From Eledone cirrhosa (lineage: Eukaryota), in the NCBI GenBank assembly GCA_964016885.1, contig OZ024741.1:378448001-378512000 (forward strand): 64,000 nt of DNA, written 5' to 3'. This document shows, one piece after another, positions 1-11,214 of this stretch (its first letter is position 1; each line of letters begins with the position of its first letter). The position numbers and the translations under genes were made by a program. The notes beneath the pieces were generated by a model, which was given only the letters and a program-made list of their open reading frames with translations, was not told where the DNA came from and did not search any database.

Positions 1-157
1 CATCTTTTAAAACCAGCTCTATCTCACTCTGTGATGGTTGAGCTGGTTTTTTGCTTTTGTCTGAGACTGTCCTAAACATGACAGTGTTTAGGAGTCTGTT
101 GCTTTTTTAGTTCCGGGGGGAGTGGATCGAAAATGATCCAATATCCCCGTACATTAT

Positions 158-577
158 TTATTTTTTGGCATCTGCCAGTAGCTCCTTCGCTTTGCTTATA
201 TCTACTGGCAGATAGTCGAGGGTTTTTCTTGGCGTCTGGGCGAAGCAGACCTTTTCCTTGTTTGTGTTGATGTTGTAGTTGATGGTGTTGTTGTTATCGC
301 TGTTGTTGTTATCACAGTTATTGGCCTTGTTGTTGTTGTTATTGCTATTGTTGTTAGTGTTGTTTTCGTTCGTAGCATTGTTGTTGTAGTTGCTGGTGCC
401 GCTGGTTGTTTGGTTTGTTGCCATGGCAACGTCAAGTTGTCGGTCAGCAGGTGGAGAAAATCCTTCCTCTGGCTGACCTTTGTCTTTGACATCTGCTACT
501 ATGACCGTGGCAGGGGGAAGCTGTAAGCATATCTTCCTCTTTCCTCCTTCGAATTCTGGTGAAGATGCTTCAGCCAT
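158..577 (-). pseudogene. Probable N-terminus of a LINE ORF1 (Asn/Thr-rich), running off the window start
   Basis: ORF MAEASSP... with a long N/T low-complexity tract followed by KVCFAQ. This mirrors the ORF1 starts of the two Tx1-like copies (N/T-rich tract then SFAKA at 48310 and 58570). Stop at 158. Confidence 0.35.
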
Positions 578-2936
578 TTAAAAAAAATGTTAGCTTTTCA
601 AAAAAAAACTTTTTGTTAACTATTTCGACTAAAGGCGTAGAATATTTTGAGAGACTGACCAGATCAAAATTTGACCTGGCAGTCCCTCTACAAAATGGTA
701 CAAAAATGAAAGTTTACAGTCAAGAATTTCTATAGAAATTTAAGCAGAACTTACTCAGCAAGTTTCACGCGTGTGTCCATCCCAGTGATAGATAGATAGA
801 GAAATATAGACAACTAGAAAGAGATATATGCGTGGGGAGAAAAAGTAATCGTGTTTTAATTAAGAAAGGTTTGGATTAAGATAGGCTCAATATATGCATA
901 TAGACAAATATATAGTATAACTTTCTCAACGTTAGCTTCATTTTTGTCCCTAGTAAAGCAACCAACATTAAGCTTGCTCCGTTGCTAATCCCGCCATGAT
1001 AGCAGTTTCCACCCATAAGACAGTATTGATTATTTACATATATAAATGAGAAAATACCGAAATCATTATACCTATATACATCTATAATGCTTAGATTTGT
1101 ACATTACGTATCATTAAATTCCCTGGTTTGCTTAGCATATCTTTTATTATAAATGTTATATTTGTATGATCATCTAATAAGTGTATACTGCAAACTCAAA
1201 ACAAATTCAAATTTGTAATATGGATGTTCTTTTCAATAAAATCCATGGGAATATATATAAGGAATTGTCTCTTTCAATCTACTTGGAAAGAGGAAACTGG
1301 TTTGTCTGACAGGTTATATGAATGGTTTTGTAATATTTTTCTCTGTGCTTATTTGTTATTAATTCTATATATTTAGGTTCTTTTTTATTCCTGATTCTAA
1401 ACCGAATATCACAATACATCTTGCTGATATTATAGTTTCTCTCGTTTATATCAGAAAGTTATTGAATAAAATATTCTAATACACATAGAACTTGCTAACT
1501 ATCCGACAACGTTTTATATTTCATAAGAAACCTTAGTAACTAGGTGTGAGTGTCGAGTCGAACGACTGCCATAAAATATGTTATTAAATATACAATAATG
1601 ATCCATCTGGGTTGCACCAACAACATTTTTTCTCAAAGCAAATAGCAAACGATTCATTCCTACATGCATGTAAGTATGTATGTATATCCTGTGTATTTAA
1701 ATGATGGTGAGTGGAACTTGGAAGTTGAATTAGATTTCGCTGTATGTTTTATACTACAGAATCTAAGAACAGGGCTTTTAAACCCTGAAAGGATAAATAG
1801 GCATCGGCACTGGCGGGTGTCGAAACCCCATCTCCTGTTTGTAGGATAAGTCTGCTAGCATTTACAATATCATGCCAACTTATTTCTTTCCGTTATATTT
1901 AGAAGCTATAATTTAATTGCGATACGTAAACAAAACACGTGTATTTCAAAGACGGTGAGCTGAATCTAAAAATTGAATTAAAAGTTTCACCGTTCAGGAA
2001 GCTTCTATCCTCTGTTATTATACTATTTTCTGCAGTCCAAAAATAATAGCTTGATCGACCTAATATAAATAGCATTCTGTTCTTCCGCAAATTGAACCTT
2101 ATCTTAAATAAAAATCTAATTCAATATTTGATTATATAGTCGGGGTTTTCCGATATTTGAATATACAACAGAATTATCACAATTCTCATATAATTTATGT
2201 GTCTATACTGTCACGGCTGAGCTAAGGCTAAACAATACCCCACCCCCACCCACCCACCCCCCCAAAAAAATTCCTGAAAATATTTTTGAATTCCATGAAT
2301 TTGTGTTTTGTTTTTAAAAGATTGATAAATAAATGTAACTATCGAAAATCAGAGAGAAACTAGATATAAATAGAAAACCAATATTTTTAACCATTTAATA
2401 TGTATCTGTTATCTTTAGTTAGTTGCCTAATGTTGTATCAATTGTTTTCCCAGAACTTGTTAACTTATATGTATTATTAATGAAGTTGCGCGTTAAACAA
2501 ATACAGGAACGAGGAAGAACTACAAAAGATGTGTTAAAGTTGGGAACACACTTTGCATAAAATAAGTCCTTTTTTATTTTTCCATATTGATTTTATTTTT
2601 ATTTAAATCTCTGTCTTGAGAGAGAATTTCCAATAAATGGAAAATTTATTATTGAAGACAAAAACAAAACTTCAAACCAAAGATAAACCAACATACATTT
2701 TCAAAGAAATATATTTTTTATAATTCAGTGATTTTTAAAAAACGTTATATATTCTTAAATAAAATTAGTGATCAATATATTGATGAAGGATCAGTTTGAA
2801 TTCCATGATCTAAAATTACGGTGGATAACTTTCAGAAATGCTGTCATTGGTGTTAGAATTCATTTATTATTTAAAACTCAAACCCGACATAAAAGAAACA
2901 GAAGTTGGCACGAATATTTTCCCAAACACGTATGGA

Positions 2937-2986
2937 TTCTTCTTCTTCTTCTTCTTCTTCTTCTTCTTCTTCTTCTTCTTCTTCTT
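2937..2986. repeat. (CTT)n microsatellite
   Basis: Pure ttcttcttc run. Confidence 0.95.
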
Positions 2987-3947
2987 TGCATTTTAATATT
3001 CTTACAATTTACATTAGGACTATTCCTTTCTATAGCAATTAACCCTTTAAATACCCTCTGCCATACTCAACTTGTTTTCAGGTCAGCGTCCAATAGCACA
3101 GTTCAATACCGAATTGGCAGGCTGCCCCCGAATTGGTTCTCTATATTCTTTCTTTTTCTATTTTACTATTTTCGAGTTTCTATAATCTGTTCGTTTTCAA
3201 AGAAATCCTCTTAAAAAATTCCGCAAATAACACCTGATGAACTCATCTTGACAAGCATCATGACTGGATGATAAGGCTGGGCCATCGAATCATGACTTAC
3301 GTAGGTGATATGTCAATTAACATAGGAGAAATAATAAATGACCAGTGGTGAAAAATGAAAGATGGGAAAACTTAATCAGCACTCCAGCATCATGCAAGAA
3401 TGGAATATGGGGGCACTATAGAGAAAAAAAAGATTACATTTCCACCCACACACACAACAGATGCAATGCTCCGCAAGAATACAGAAGCGGCAAACACAAA
3501 CCACCACCAATCGAAACTAGCTAGAACACATAAGTGGAATAGCAGCAGCATCACAACTAGTAACTATTTACAAGATAAATACATATTTAGACACAACAGT
3601 TCCAAACGTATAAAGCAGACAATACGAACGCAGATAGAACACGCACCAACTGATGACAAAAAAGAAATAATTGTATGAATAAATAAATAAAAACAAACAC
3701 ACACACAGAATAGAAAATGGTGTAAAACAGAAGAACATTGGGACGCAAATTAATAAACTAGTCACCCGGAGGTCACAGAATGGGTAAAGAATGTAGTTTG
3801 ACAATAGAGAAATAAAGAATCACCCGTATAGTAAGCTAATCAAATGGATGTGTATAGTAAATTGAAGTGAAAAACAACAGGTGCGAGTGTTTCTATTGGC
3901 AGCATAACCCACGTGAAATATAACAATATGTGTTACAGCAGACAAAG

Positions 3948-3949
<2 letters not shown>

Positions 3950-4036
<87 letters not shown>

Positions 4037-4050
4037 AGAGAAACAGAGAG
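3950..4050. repeat. Compound (AT)n(AG)n microsatellite
   Basis: Direct reading. Similar compound AT/AG/AC tracts recur throughout (e.g. 8545-8670, 29500-29660, 32590-32870, 33180-33381). Confidence 0.95.
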
Positions 4051-4098
4051 ATAAATATACACGGGTGTGTATGATTGTGTATAGAAGGTTATATAAAT

Positions 4099-4356
4099 AA
4101 AAGGTATTCCAACTTTGTCTGATTTACTCGTTTTATTTCCAATCCTTTAAAATTTATAATGGTATTAGAATGAAATAGTATGGTAGAATATTAAATGTTA
4201 AGTGTTAATTGAACAAGTGCATGAAAGTACTTGTTCAATTAACACTTAACATTTAATATTCTACACTACTGTTGCATTCTAATACCATTATAACTTTTAA
4301 AGGATTGGAAATAAAACGAGTAAATCAGTAAACCATACAAACTTGGAATTCCTTTT
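4099..4356. repeat. Imperfect ~260 bp foldback palindrome
   Basis: ctgatttactcgttttatttccaatcctttaaa...gtgttaattgaacaagt pairs with acttgttcaattaacac...tttaaaggattggaaataaaacgagtaaatcag; loop near 4224. Confidence 0.9.
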
Positions 4357-4668
4357 TAAAATATATATATATATAAAAACAAATGACGAAACGAAATTAA
4401 ACCTCGCTTCGTTTGTAACTCACTTTTGTATGACTGACGCTTAAACAATTAAGTTAAAAAAAATACATCTACATATGCATACTGAAATACTAGTGTGTAT
4501 ATGAATACACACACGTATACATATGTATATGTAACAAGTCTTTCACTGGTTGCTTTACTGTGAGCACCCAGCTATTCTGTATGTAAACACACAGACAAAC
4601 CGGTTTTTAGAGTCATACTGGTTTTTGAGGGAACACCTTCCCTCTATTCACCAGAAAGCCAGACAAGG

Positions 4669-4713
4669 AATATTGAACTAGTTTCGTTGTTGTTACAACT
4701 CATCAGCAATATT
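4669..4713 (-). ncRNA. Minimal type I hammerhead ribozyme, array copy 1
   Basis: Minus strand AAUAUUG-CUGAUGA-GUUGU(AACA)ACAAC-GAAA-CUAG-UU-CAAUAUU: 7-bp stem I, 5-bp stem II, palindromic stem III ACUAGU, GUU cleavage triplet. Confidence 0.88.
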
Positions 4714-5141
4714 TACCTATCTACCGGCCCCTCTGGAGAATTGTAAAAGCACATATCGCTATATGCTTTTTCTATGAAAATTAGTAGTGGGCAGACTAAT
4801 TTGCATAGAGTGTGAGTACGCACCGGTTCAGCGGAGACGATAAAAACAAATGACGAAACGAAATTAAATCTCGCTTCGTTTGTAACTCACTTTTGTATGA
4901 CTGACGCTTAAACAATTAAGTTAAAAAAATTACATCTACATATGCATATGCATACTGAAATACTAGTGTGTATATGAATACACACACGTATACATATGTA
5001 TATGTAACAAGTCTTTCACTGGTTGCTTTACTGTGAGCACCCAGCTATTCTGTATGTAAACACACAGACAAACCGGTTTTTAGAGTCATACTGGTTTTTG
5101 AGGGAACACCTTCCCTCTATTCTCCAGAAAGCCAGACAAGG

Positions 5142-5186
5142 AATATTGAACTAGTTTCGTTGTTGTTACAACTCATCAGCAATATT
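5142..5186 (-). ncRNA. Minimal type I hammerhead ribozyme, array copy 2
   Basis: Same motif as copy 1. Confidence 0.88.
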
Positions 5187-5608
5187 TACCTATCTACCGG
5201 CCCCTCTGGAGAATTGTAAAAGCACATATCGTTATATGCTTTTTCTATGAAAATTAGTAGTGGGCAGACTAATTTGCATAGAGTGTGAGTACGCACCGGT
5301 TCAGCGGAGACGATAAAAACAGATGACGAAACGAAACTAAACCTCGCTTCGTTTGTAACTCACTTTTGTATGACTGACGCTTAAACAATTAAGTTAAAAA
5401 AATTACATCTACATTTGCATACTGAAATACTAGTGTGTATATGAATACACACACGTATACATATGTATATGTAACAAGTCTTTCACTGGTTGCTTTACTG
5501 TGAGCACCCAGCTATTCCGTATGTAAACACGCAGACAAACCGGTTTTTAGAGTCATACTGGTTTTTGAGGGAACACCTTCCCTCTATTCTCCAGAAAGCC
5601 AGACAAGG

Positions 5609-5653
5609 AATATTGAACTAGTTTCGTTGTTGTTACAACTCATCAGCAATATT
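5609..5653 (-). ncRNA. Minimal type I hammerhead ribozyme, array copy 3
   Basis: Same motif as copy 1. Confidence 0.88.
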
Positions 5654-6062
5654 TACCTATCTACCGGCCCCTCCTCAAAAACCAGTATGACTCTAAAAAC
5701 CGATTTGTCTGTGTGTTTACATACGGAATAGCTGGGTGCTCACAGTAAAGCAACCAGTGAAAGACTTGTTACATATACATATGTATACGTGTGTGTATTC
5801 ATATACACACTAGTATTTCAGTATGCATATGTAGATGTAATTTTTTTAACTTAATTGTTTAAGCGTCAGTCATACAAAAGTGAGTTACAAACGAAGCGAG
5901 GTTTAGTTTCGTTTCGTCATTTGTTTTTATCGTCTCCGCTGAACCGGTGCGTACTCACACTCTATGCAAATTAGTCTGCCCACTACTAATTTTCATTTTC
6001 ATAGAAAAAGCATATAACGATATGTGCTTTTACAATTCTCCAGAGGGGCCGGTAGATAGGTA

Positions 6063-6107
6063 AATATTGCTGTTGATTTGTAACAACAACGAAACTAGTT
6101 CAATATT
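6063..6107 (+). ncRNA. Hammerhead, array copy 4 (core mutated)
   Basis: aatattg-ctgTtga-Tttgtaacaacaac-gaaa-ctag-tt-caatatt: core A>T and first stem II base G>T. Confidence 0.75.
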
Positions 6108-6535
6108 CCTTGTCTGGCTTTCTGGAAAATAGAGGGAAGGTGTTCCCTCAAAAACCAGTATGACTCTAAAAACCGGTTTGTCTGTGTGTTTACATACAGA
6201 ATAGCTGGGTGCTCACAGTAAAGCAACCAGTGAAAGACTTGTTACATATACATATGTATACGTGTGTGTATTCATATACACACTAGTATTTCAGTATGCA
6301 TATGCATATGTAGATGTAATTTTTTTAACTTAATTGTTTAAGCGTCAGTCATACAAAAGTGAGTTACAAACGAAGCGAGATTTAATTTCGTTTCGTCATT
6401 TGTTTTTATCGTCTCCGCTGAACCGGTGCGTACTCACACTCTATGCAAATTAGTCTGCCCACTACTAATTTTCATAGAAAAAGCATATAGCGATATGTGC
6501 TTTTACAATTCTCCAGAGGGGCCGGTAGATAGGTA

Positions 6536-6580
6536 AATATTGCTGATGAGTTGTAACAACAACGAAACTAGTTCAATATT
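6536..6580 (+). ncRNA. Minimal type I hammerhead ribozyme, array copy 5
   Basis: aatattg-ctgatga-gttgtaacaacaac-gaaa-ctag-tt-caatatt. Confidence 0.88.
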
Positions 6581-7008
6581 CCTTGTCTGGCTTTCTGGAA
6601 AATAGAGGGAAGGTGTTCCCTCAAAAACCAGTATGACTCTAAAAACCGGTTTGTCTGTGTGTTTACATACGGAATAGCTGGGTGCTCACAGTAAAGCAAC
6701 CAGTGAAAGACTTGTTACATATACATATGTATACGTGTGTGTATTCATATACACACTAGTATTTCAGTATGCATATGCATATGTAGATGTAATTTTTTTA
6801 ACTTAATTGTTTAAGCGTCAGTCATACAAAAGTGAGTTACAAACGAAGCGAGGTTTAGTTTCGTTTCGTCATTTGTTTTTACCGTCTCCGCTGAACCGGT
6901 GCGTACTCACACTCTATGCAAATTAGTCTGCCCACTACTAATTTTCATAGAAAAAGCATATAACGATATGTGCTTTTACAATTCTCCAGAGGGGCCGGTA
7001 GATAGGTA

Positions 7009-7053
7009 AATATTGCTGATGAGTTGTAACAACAACGAAACTAGTTCAATATT
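7009..7053 (+). ncRNA. Minimal type I hammerhead ribozyme, array copy 6
   Basis: Same intact motif. Confidence 0.88.
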
Positions 7054-7475
7054 CCTTGTCTGGCTTTCTGGAAAATAGAGGGAAGGTGTTCCCTCAAAAA
7101 CCAGTATGACTCTAAAAACCGGTTTGTCTGTGTGTTTACATACAGAATAGCTGGGTGCTCACAGTAAAGCAACCAGTGAAAGAATTGTTACATATACATA
7201 TGTATACGTGTGTGTATTCATATACACACTAGTATTTCAGTATGCATATGTAGATGTAATTTTTTTAACTTAATTGTTTAAGCGCCAGTCATACAAAAGT
7301 GAGTTACAAACGAAGCGAGATTTAATTTCGTTTCGTCATTTGTTTTTATCGTCTCCGCTGAACCGGTGCGTACTCACACTCTATGCAAATTAGTCTGCCC
7401 ACTACTAATTTTCATAGAAAAAGCATATAGCGATATGTGCTTTTACAATTCTCCAGAGGGGCCGGTAGATAGGTA

Positions 7476-7520
7476 AATATTGCTGATGAGTTGTAACAAC
7501 AACGAAACTAGTTCAATATT
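7476..7520 (+). ncRNA. Minimal type I hammerhead ribozyme, array copy 7
   Basis: Same intact motif. Confidence 0.88.
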
Positions 7521-7759
7521 CCTTGTCTGGCTTTCTGGAAAATAGAGGGAAGGTGTTCCCTCAAAAACCAGTATGACTCTAAAAACCGGTTTGTCTGTGT
7601 GTTTACATACAGAATAGCTGGGTGCTCACAGTAAAGCAACCAGTGAAAGACTTGTTACATATACATATGTATACGTGTGTATTCATATACACACTAGTAT
7701 TTCAGTATGCATATGTAGATGTAATTTTTTTAACTTAATTGTTATCTATATATATATAT

Positions 7760-8340
7760 ATGATTTTTAAAGCGATGAAATACCAAAGAAGGTTGGAAGA
7801 TCACTGATGAAGGACTAATTTTGTTTATATGTAACCCATGTGCAACCACGCAGCACTCCATTTTTCTTATATTTATATTTTTTCCTCAGCTGCCATTGTC
7901 TGTTTTTTCTTACTGCTTCCCCTCTCTCTGTATCTCTCACCTTCTTTTTACCCCCTCTGCCAGCCACACTCTCTTTCAGCTGGCCATTTCCTCACAATTC
8001 CACTCACTCACTCTCTGCTTCTTCCCATCTCTCACTTCGTCCCGTTTGACCTGTGTGAAATCCTTTTCTCGCTCACATCTCACCCATGCCGGATGGTCTG
8101 TATCTCTTGTCCATGATTTCACCAAACTTAAGCTTACATATATCATGTACTTGTCTCTTCCTATCTTTCCGTTGCAATGGCATCTTTGTTTGTTTACATG
8201 TCCCCCTCGTTTCACCCTATTTTACTTGTCCCAATAACTTTATTTAGTTATTGCTCGCACCAAACAGAGGTGTATGATTTTTAAACCGCTGAAATACCAA
8301 TGAAGGTTGGAAGATCACTGATGAAGAACTAATTTTGTTC
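7760..8340 (+). mobile_element. Non-coding element bounded by ~66 bp direct repeats, probable PLE pLTR fragment
   Basis: atgatttttaaa..gaaatacca..gaaggttggaagatcactgatgaag.actaattttgtt at 7760-7826 and 8275-8340. Pyrimidine-rich interior, (AT)n flanks, CTGATGA in each repeat. Confidence 0.6.
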
Positions 8341-8544
8341 ATATATATATATTGGAAAATGTGTCAAATACTTGGTACAGTTTGGTATATTTGAAAAAAG
8401 TAAAAGAATGATTTCACTTGTAGTTCTAAATAATTTAATTTTATAATATAATAAATTAGATTGTTTAGTACTACAAGCGAAGTCATACTTTTCTTTTTTT
8501 CACACACACACAGACACACACAAGTACACAGGCAAGCACACAAG

Positions 8545-8621
<77 letters not shown>

Positions 8622-8981
8622 CATATATATATGGGAGTGTATGTGTGTGTGTGTGTGTGTGTGCGTTTGTATGTGTGTGTATTTGGGTGTGTGTATTGGG
8701 AGTGAATGTATACTTTTTTCATTCTCCCACCTTGATAGAGATACGTATCGTATTGGATTTATGCATTTCGGAGACGATCGCTGCTTCAGCAGAAGATAAC
8801 AACTATGTTGATTAAATCTACAGATGGTTCCTTCTATAGCAGGGTTTGAATATATTTGGAATTAGCTTTTCTCATTTCCACGAGGTGCATTAATTTGATA
8901 ATGTAATGAATATAACTATCAATAATTGTACTCGAACAATACGCATATTACAGATTAAAAAAAAAAATAATGTTGACATAT

Positions 8982-9042
8982 CAAGGGCGGTGCCCCAGCA
9001 TGGCCTCAGCCGGATGGCTGAAACAGGTAAAAGAGGTAAATG
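8982..9042 (+). mobile_element. SINE 3' fragment
   Basis: aagggcggtgccccagcatggcc.cag....tggctgaaacaggtaaaaga resembles, from memory, the 3' tail of an abundant octopus SINE. Confidence 0.5.
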
Positions 9043-9064
9043 AGTATATGTACACATTTTAACG

Positions 9065-9420
9065 TATCATCATCATCTCACACTGTTCATTTTGCACAGA
9101 TCGCTTTGATTCGTTCGTTCTAGTCTGTTCGGTCTTCCATTGCTCGTGGTTCGGTGCCACTCTTTGCATATTTGCTTTATGTAGGTTCAATGTCGTCTGC
9201 AATCATTTCCGTACCTATGCTTCGTTTCCCAAAGAAGAACGCCGCTGATTCTCTCTGCTCTTCGTAAATGTCCAGCAAATCCTGCTCTTTTTTCTGTGTG
9301 ATATTGGAGGTAAATTTGCATGAAGAAGTTCTTTTGTAGTGTTTTGACTTCACCAAATACCCCGAGCAGTCGAAACATTCTTTTATAAGTCACATCCATT
9401 TTCCAGCAATTGTGAGCTCA
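9065..9420 (-). pseudogene. Decayed RTE-type LINE 3' fragment
   Basis: Translation MDVTYKRMFRLLG...FAGHLRRAERISGVLLWETKH resembles the RTE C-terminus; short (GAT)n tail at ~9067-9076. Confidence 0.55.
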
Positions 9421-10359
9421 GCTCTATTTTGAATTATACGCTTCACGTATATGCACTACTTAGTGTAATAACAACAGTGTTTATATATAGACGAGTTTCC
9501 AATTTCTTTAAATAGAAATCGATGGATATAAGGATAACATGTGTAGTGGAATAGAATTCATGCGCATTACCTCCAAGCTTGCTGCAGTATTTAGCACAAT
9601 TTAGCTAAATCTGTTAAACAATTTATATAATATTCCGTGTGTATGTAGCATGTGAGGGCTTCAATATATAGTTCACTCTAATACTTATTCCAGCCGATAG
9701 ACTGATGCCTTTGTATGCAACCTTTATTAATTTTGCATAATTAATTTCAGATATATATTAATAACGATATGAGAGAAAAAAACAGAGATTTGCATTATAC
9801 CTCATACAACATGTGAATCAATATTATTAACAAGGTTATTGAACATTGAGAGGAAAATGAAGGAATCATTTATTTGAATGTTGTTTCCGAATCACTGTAG
9901 CTCTATTCAATCTTTTTGAAGTGTCTTCGAAAAGTTTAATTGCTAATAGAAATCGGTTACTTAATATTGCATCTAGTCTTTAAAAGCAGTTTCATCGCCA
10001 TAAATATACAATTATATGGAAAGTTGAGAAAGGAGTTGAAAATAATTAAATAAGATTGTAGAGATAAAAAAAAATATAATCTCAAATATATTTGATAAAA
10101 ATCTATGTGCAATTATTTAACTCCATACACAAAGAACAAATACTAAAGTAATATTTACAAGCTAAATGTTACTTTAAAATAATGCTAAATATTTGAAATT
10201 ATACTGCAGTAATCTTACCGATATGGGGTGGGAGACATGCCAACGTACAATCTTTCATTATATTATACTATATTTCAAACGATACTAGAAATATACTTCA
10301 TTCTGTGAATGCAATTTTGGATTTGTGCAACATCTGACTACAGCCATTATAAGATATTG

Positions 10360-11160
10360 TATCGAGGAGGGTGATGTCCTGGAATAACAAGGCATATTGT
10401 CTCCCCCTATCACTTCCTTCCACTCCGGATCTTCTTCCTCTTTCTTTTTTCCCTTTCGCCTCGTGAAGCCTCAGTACCCCTACCTCAGTAAATTAAAGAT
10501 AGCATTGGCCGAAAACTCAATACTAACTAATCATAGCAGTTGTGTTAGTCCCCAGAGATTTTGTATTACTTTTTACTAAACAATTCTATAACTTCAAACA
10601 TTCTTATTTAATATCTTCTATTCTCAACTTATTAACCTATTCTCGAGCAGTGGCCGAAAAAGCAACACCAACTAATTATAGAAGCTGTTTTAGACTCCAC
10701 ATTCTTTGCTTTTTATCACTTCTTACTATCCAATTTTATATGTTTATATATATTTCTCTTACTTATTTTTATTGTCTCCAAATCTCAATTGATTTACCTA
10801 TGCTATAAAGACCCTCTTCTACTTTCTCCCGAACCCTTTTTCGCCTACTTCCTCTCGCCTCCTTTCATACACAATCCTTAGAATTTGCTATATAGATTTC
10901 ACTTTCAACGCTTGACCGGCTCTACCCAATCCCTCATTGCTCTAAAGGCAAGTTCAGCCATCAACACCTCCCACCCACTGCCATGAGGGACTTAAATTTT
11001 GACCAATCCTCTTGACAACTACAATCTTCCCATATAAGGAAGTACCCTCTGAAAAGTTCGGCTATTTATTTACCAGGCTAAAAATTCTAATTTAGTCCAG
11101 AAATAGCCGTCGAAACGGCTTGAGCTCTGCTGTCGGGGCCATACATGTTCCTATCTGTGT
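10360..11160 (+). mobile_element. PLE 3'UTR/pLTR fragment, same family as 21690-22460
   Basis: Collinear blocks shared with 21780-22435 (ctatcacttccttccac; aagatag.attggccgaa; gacaactacaatcttcccatataaggaagtaccc; cgtcgaaacggcttgag). Confidence 0.75.
11045..11138 (+). ncRNA. Degenerate type I hammerhead with long stem II
   Basis: ccct-ctgaAaa-g..cggctattt...aaatagccg.c-gaaa-cggc(ttgagctct)gctg-tc-gggg; GUC triplet; core deviates from CUGANGA. Confidence 0.6.
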
Positions 11161-11214
11161 ATATATATATTTATAAAATGTGGAGGAGCACACTAGTTGG
11201 AATATATATATATA

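Larger units (their letters stand above)
4373..7742. mobile_element. Tandem array of 467-473 bp hammerhead-containing units with one internal inversion (retrozyme-like / PLE pLTR multimer)
   Basis: Unit starts ataaaaacaaatgacgaaacg at 4373, ~4840 and ~5313. Orientation switches at ~5673 and ~4.4 reverse units follow. Near-identical copies, no ORF, (AT)n on both flanks. Confidence 0.9.

Noticed and set aside
1780-1850. HHR-like cc-ctgaaag...tgtc-gaaa-c...gta-gg
   Set aside because: Core is not CUGANGA and the stems are too weak.
4373-7742. CRISPR array or ordinary satellite reading of the tandem array
   Set aside because: No unique spacers or cas genes and a eukaryotic context; the conserved HHR per unit and the inversion are not explained by a plain satellite.
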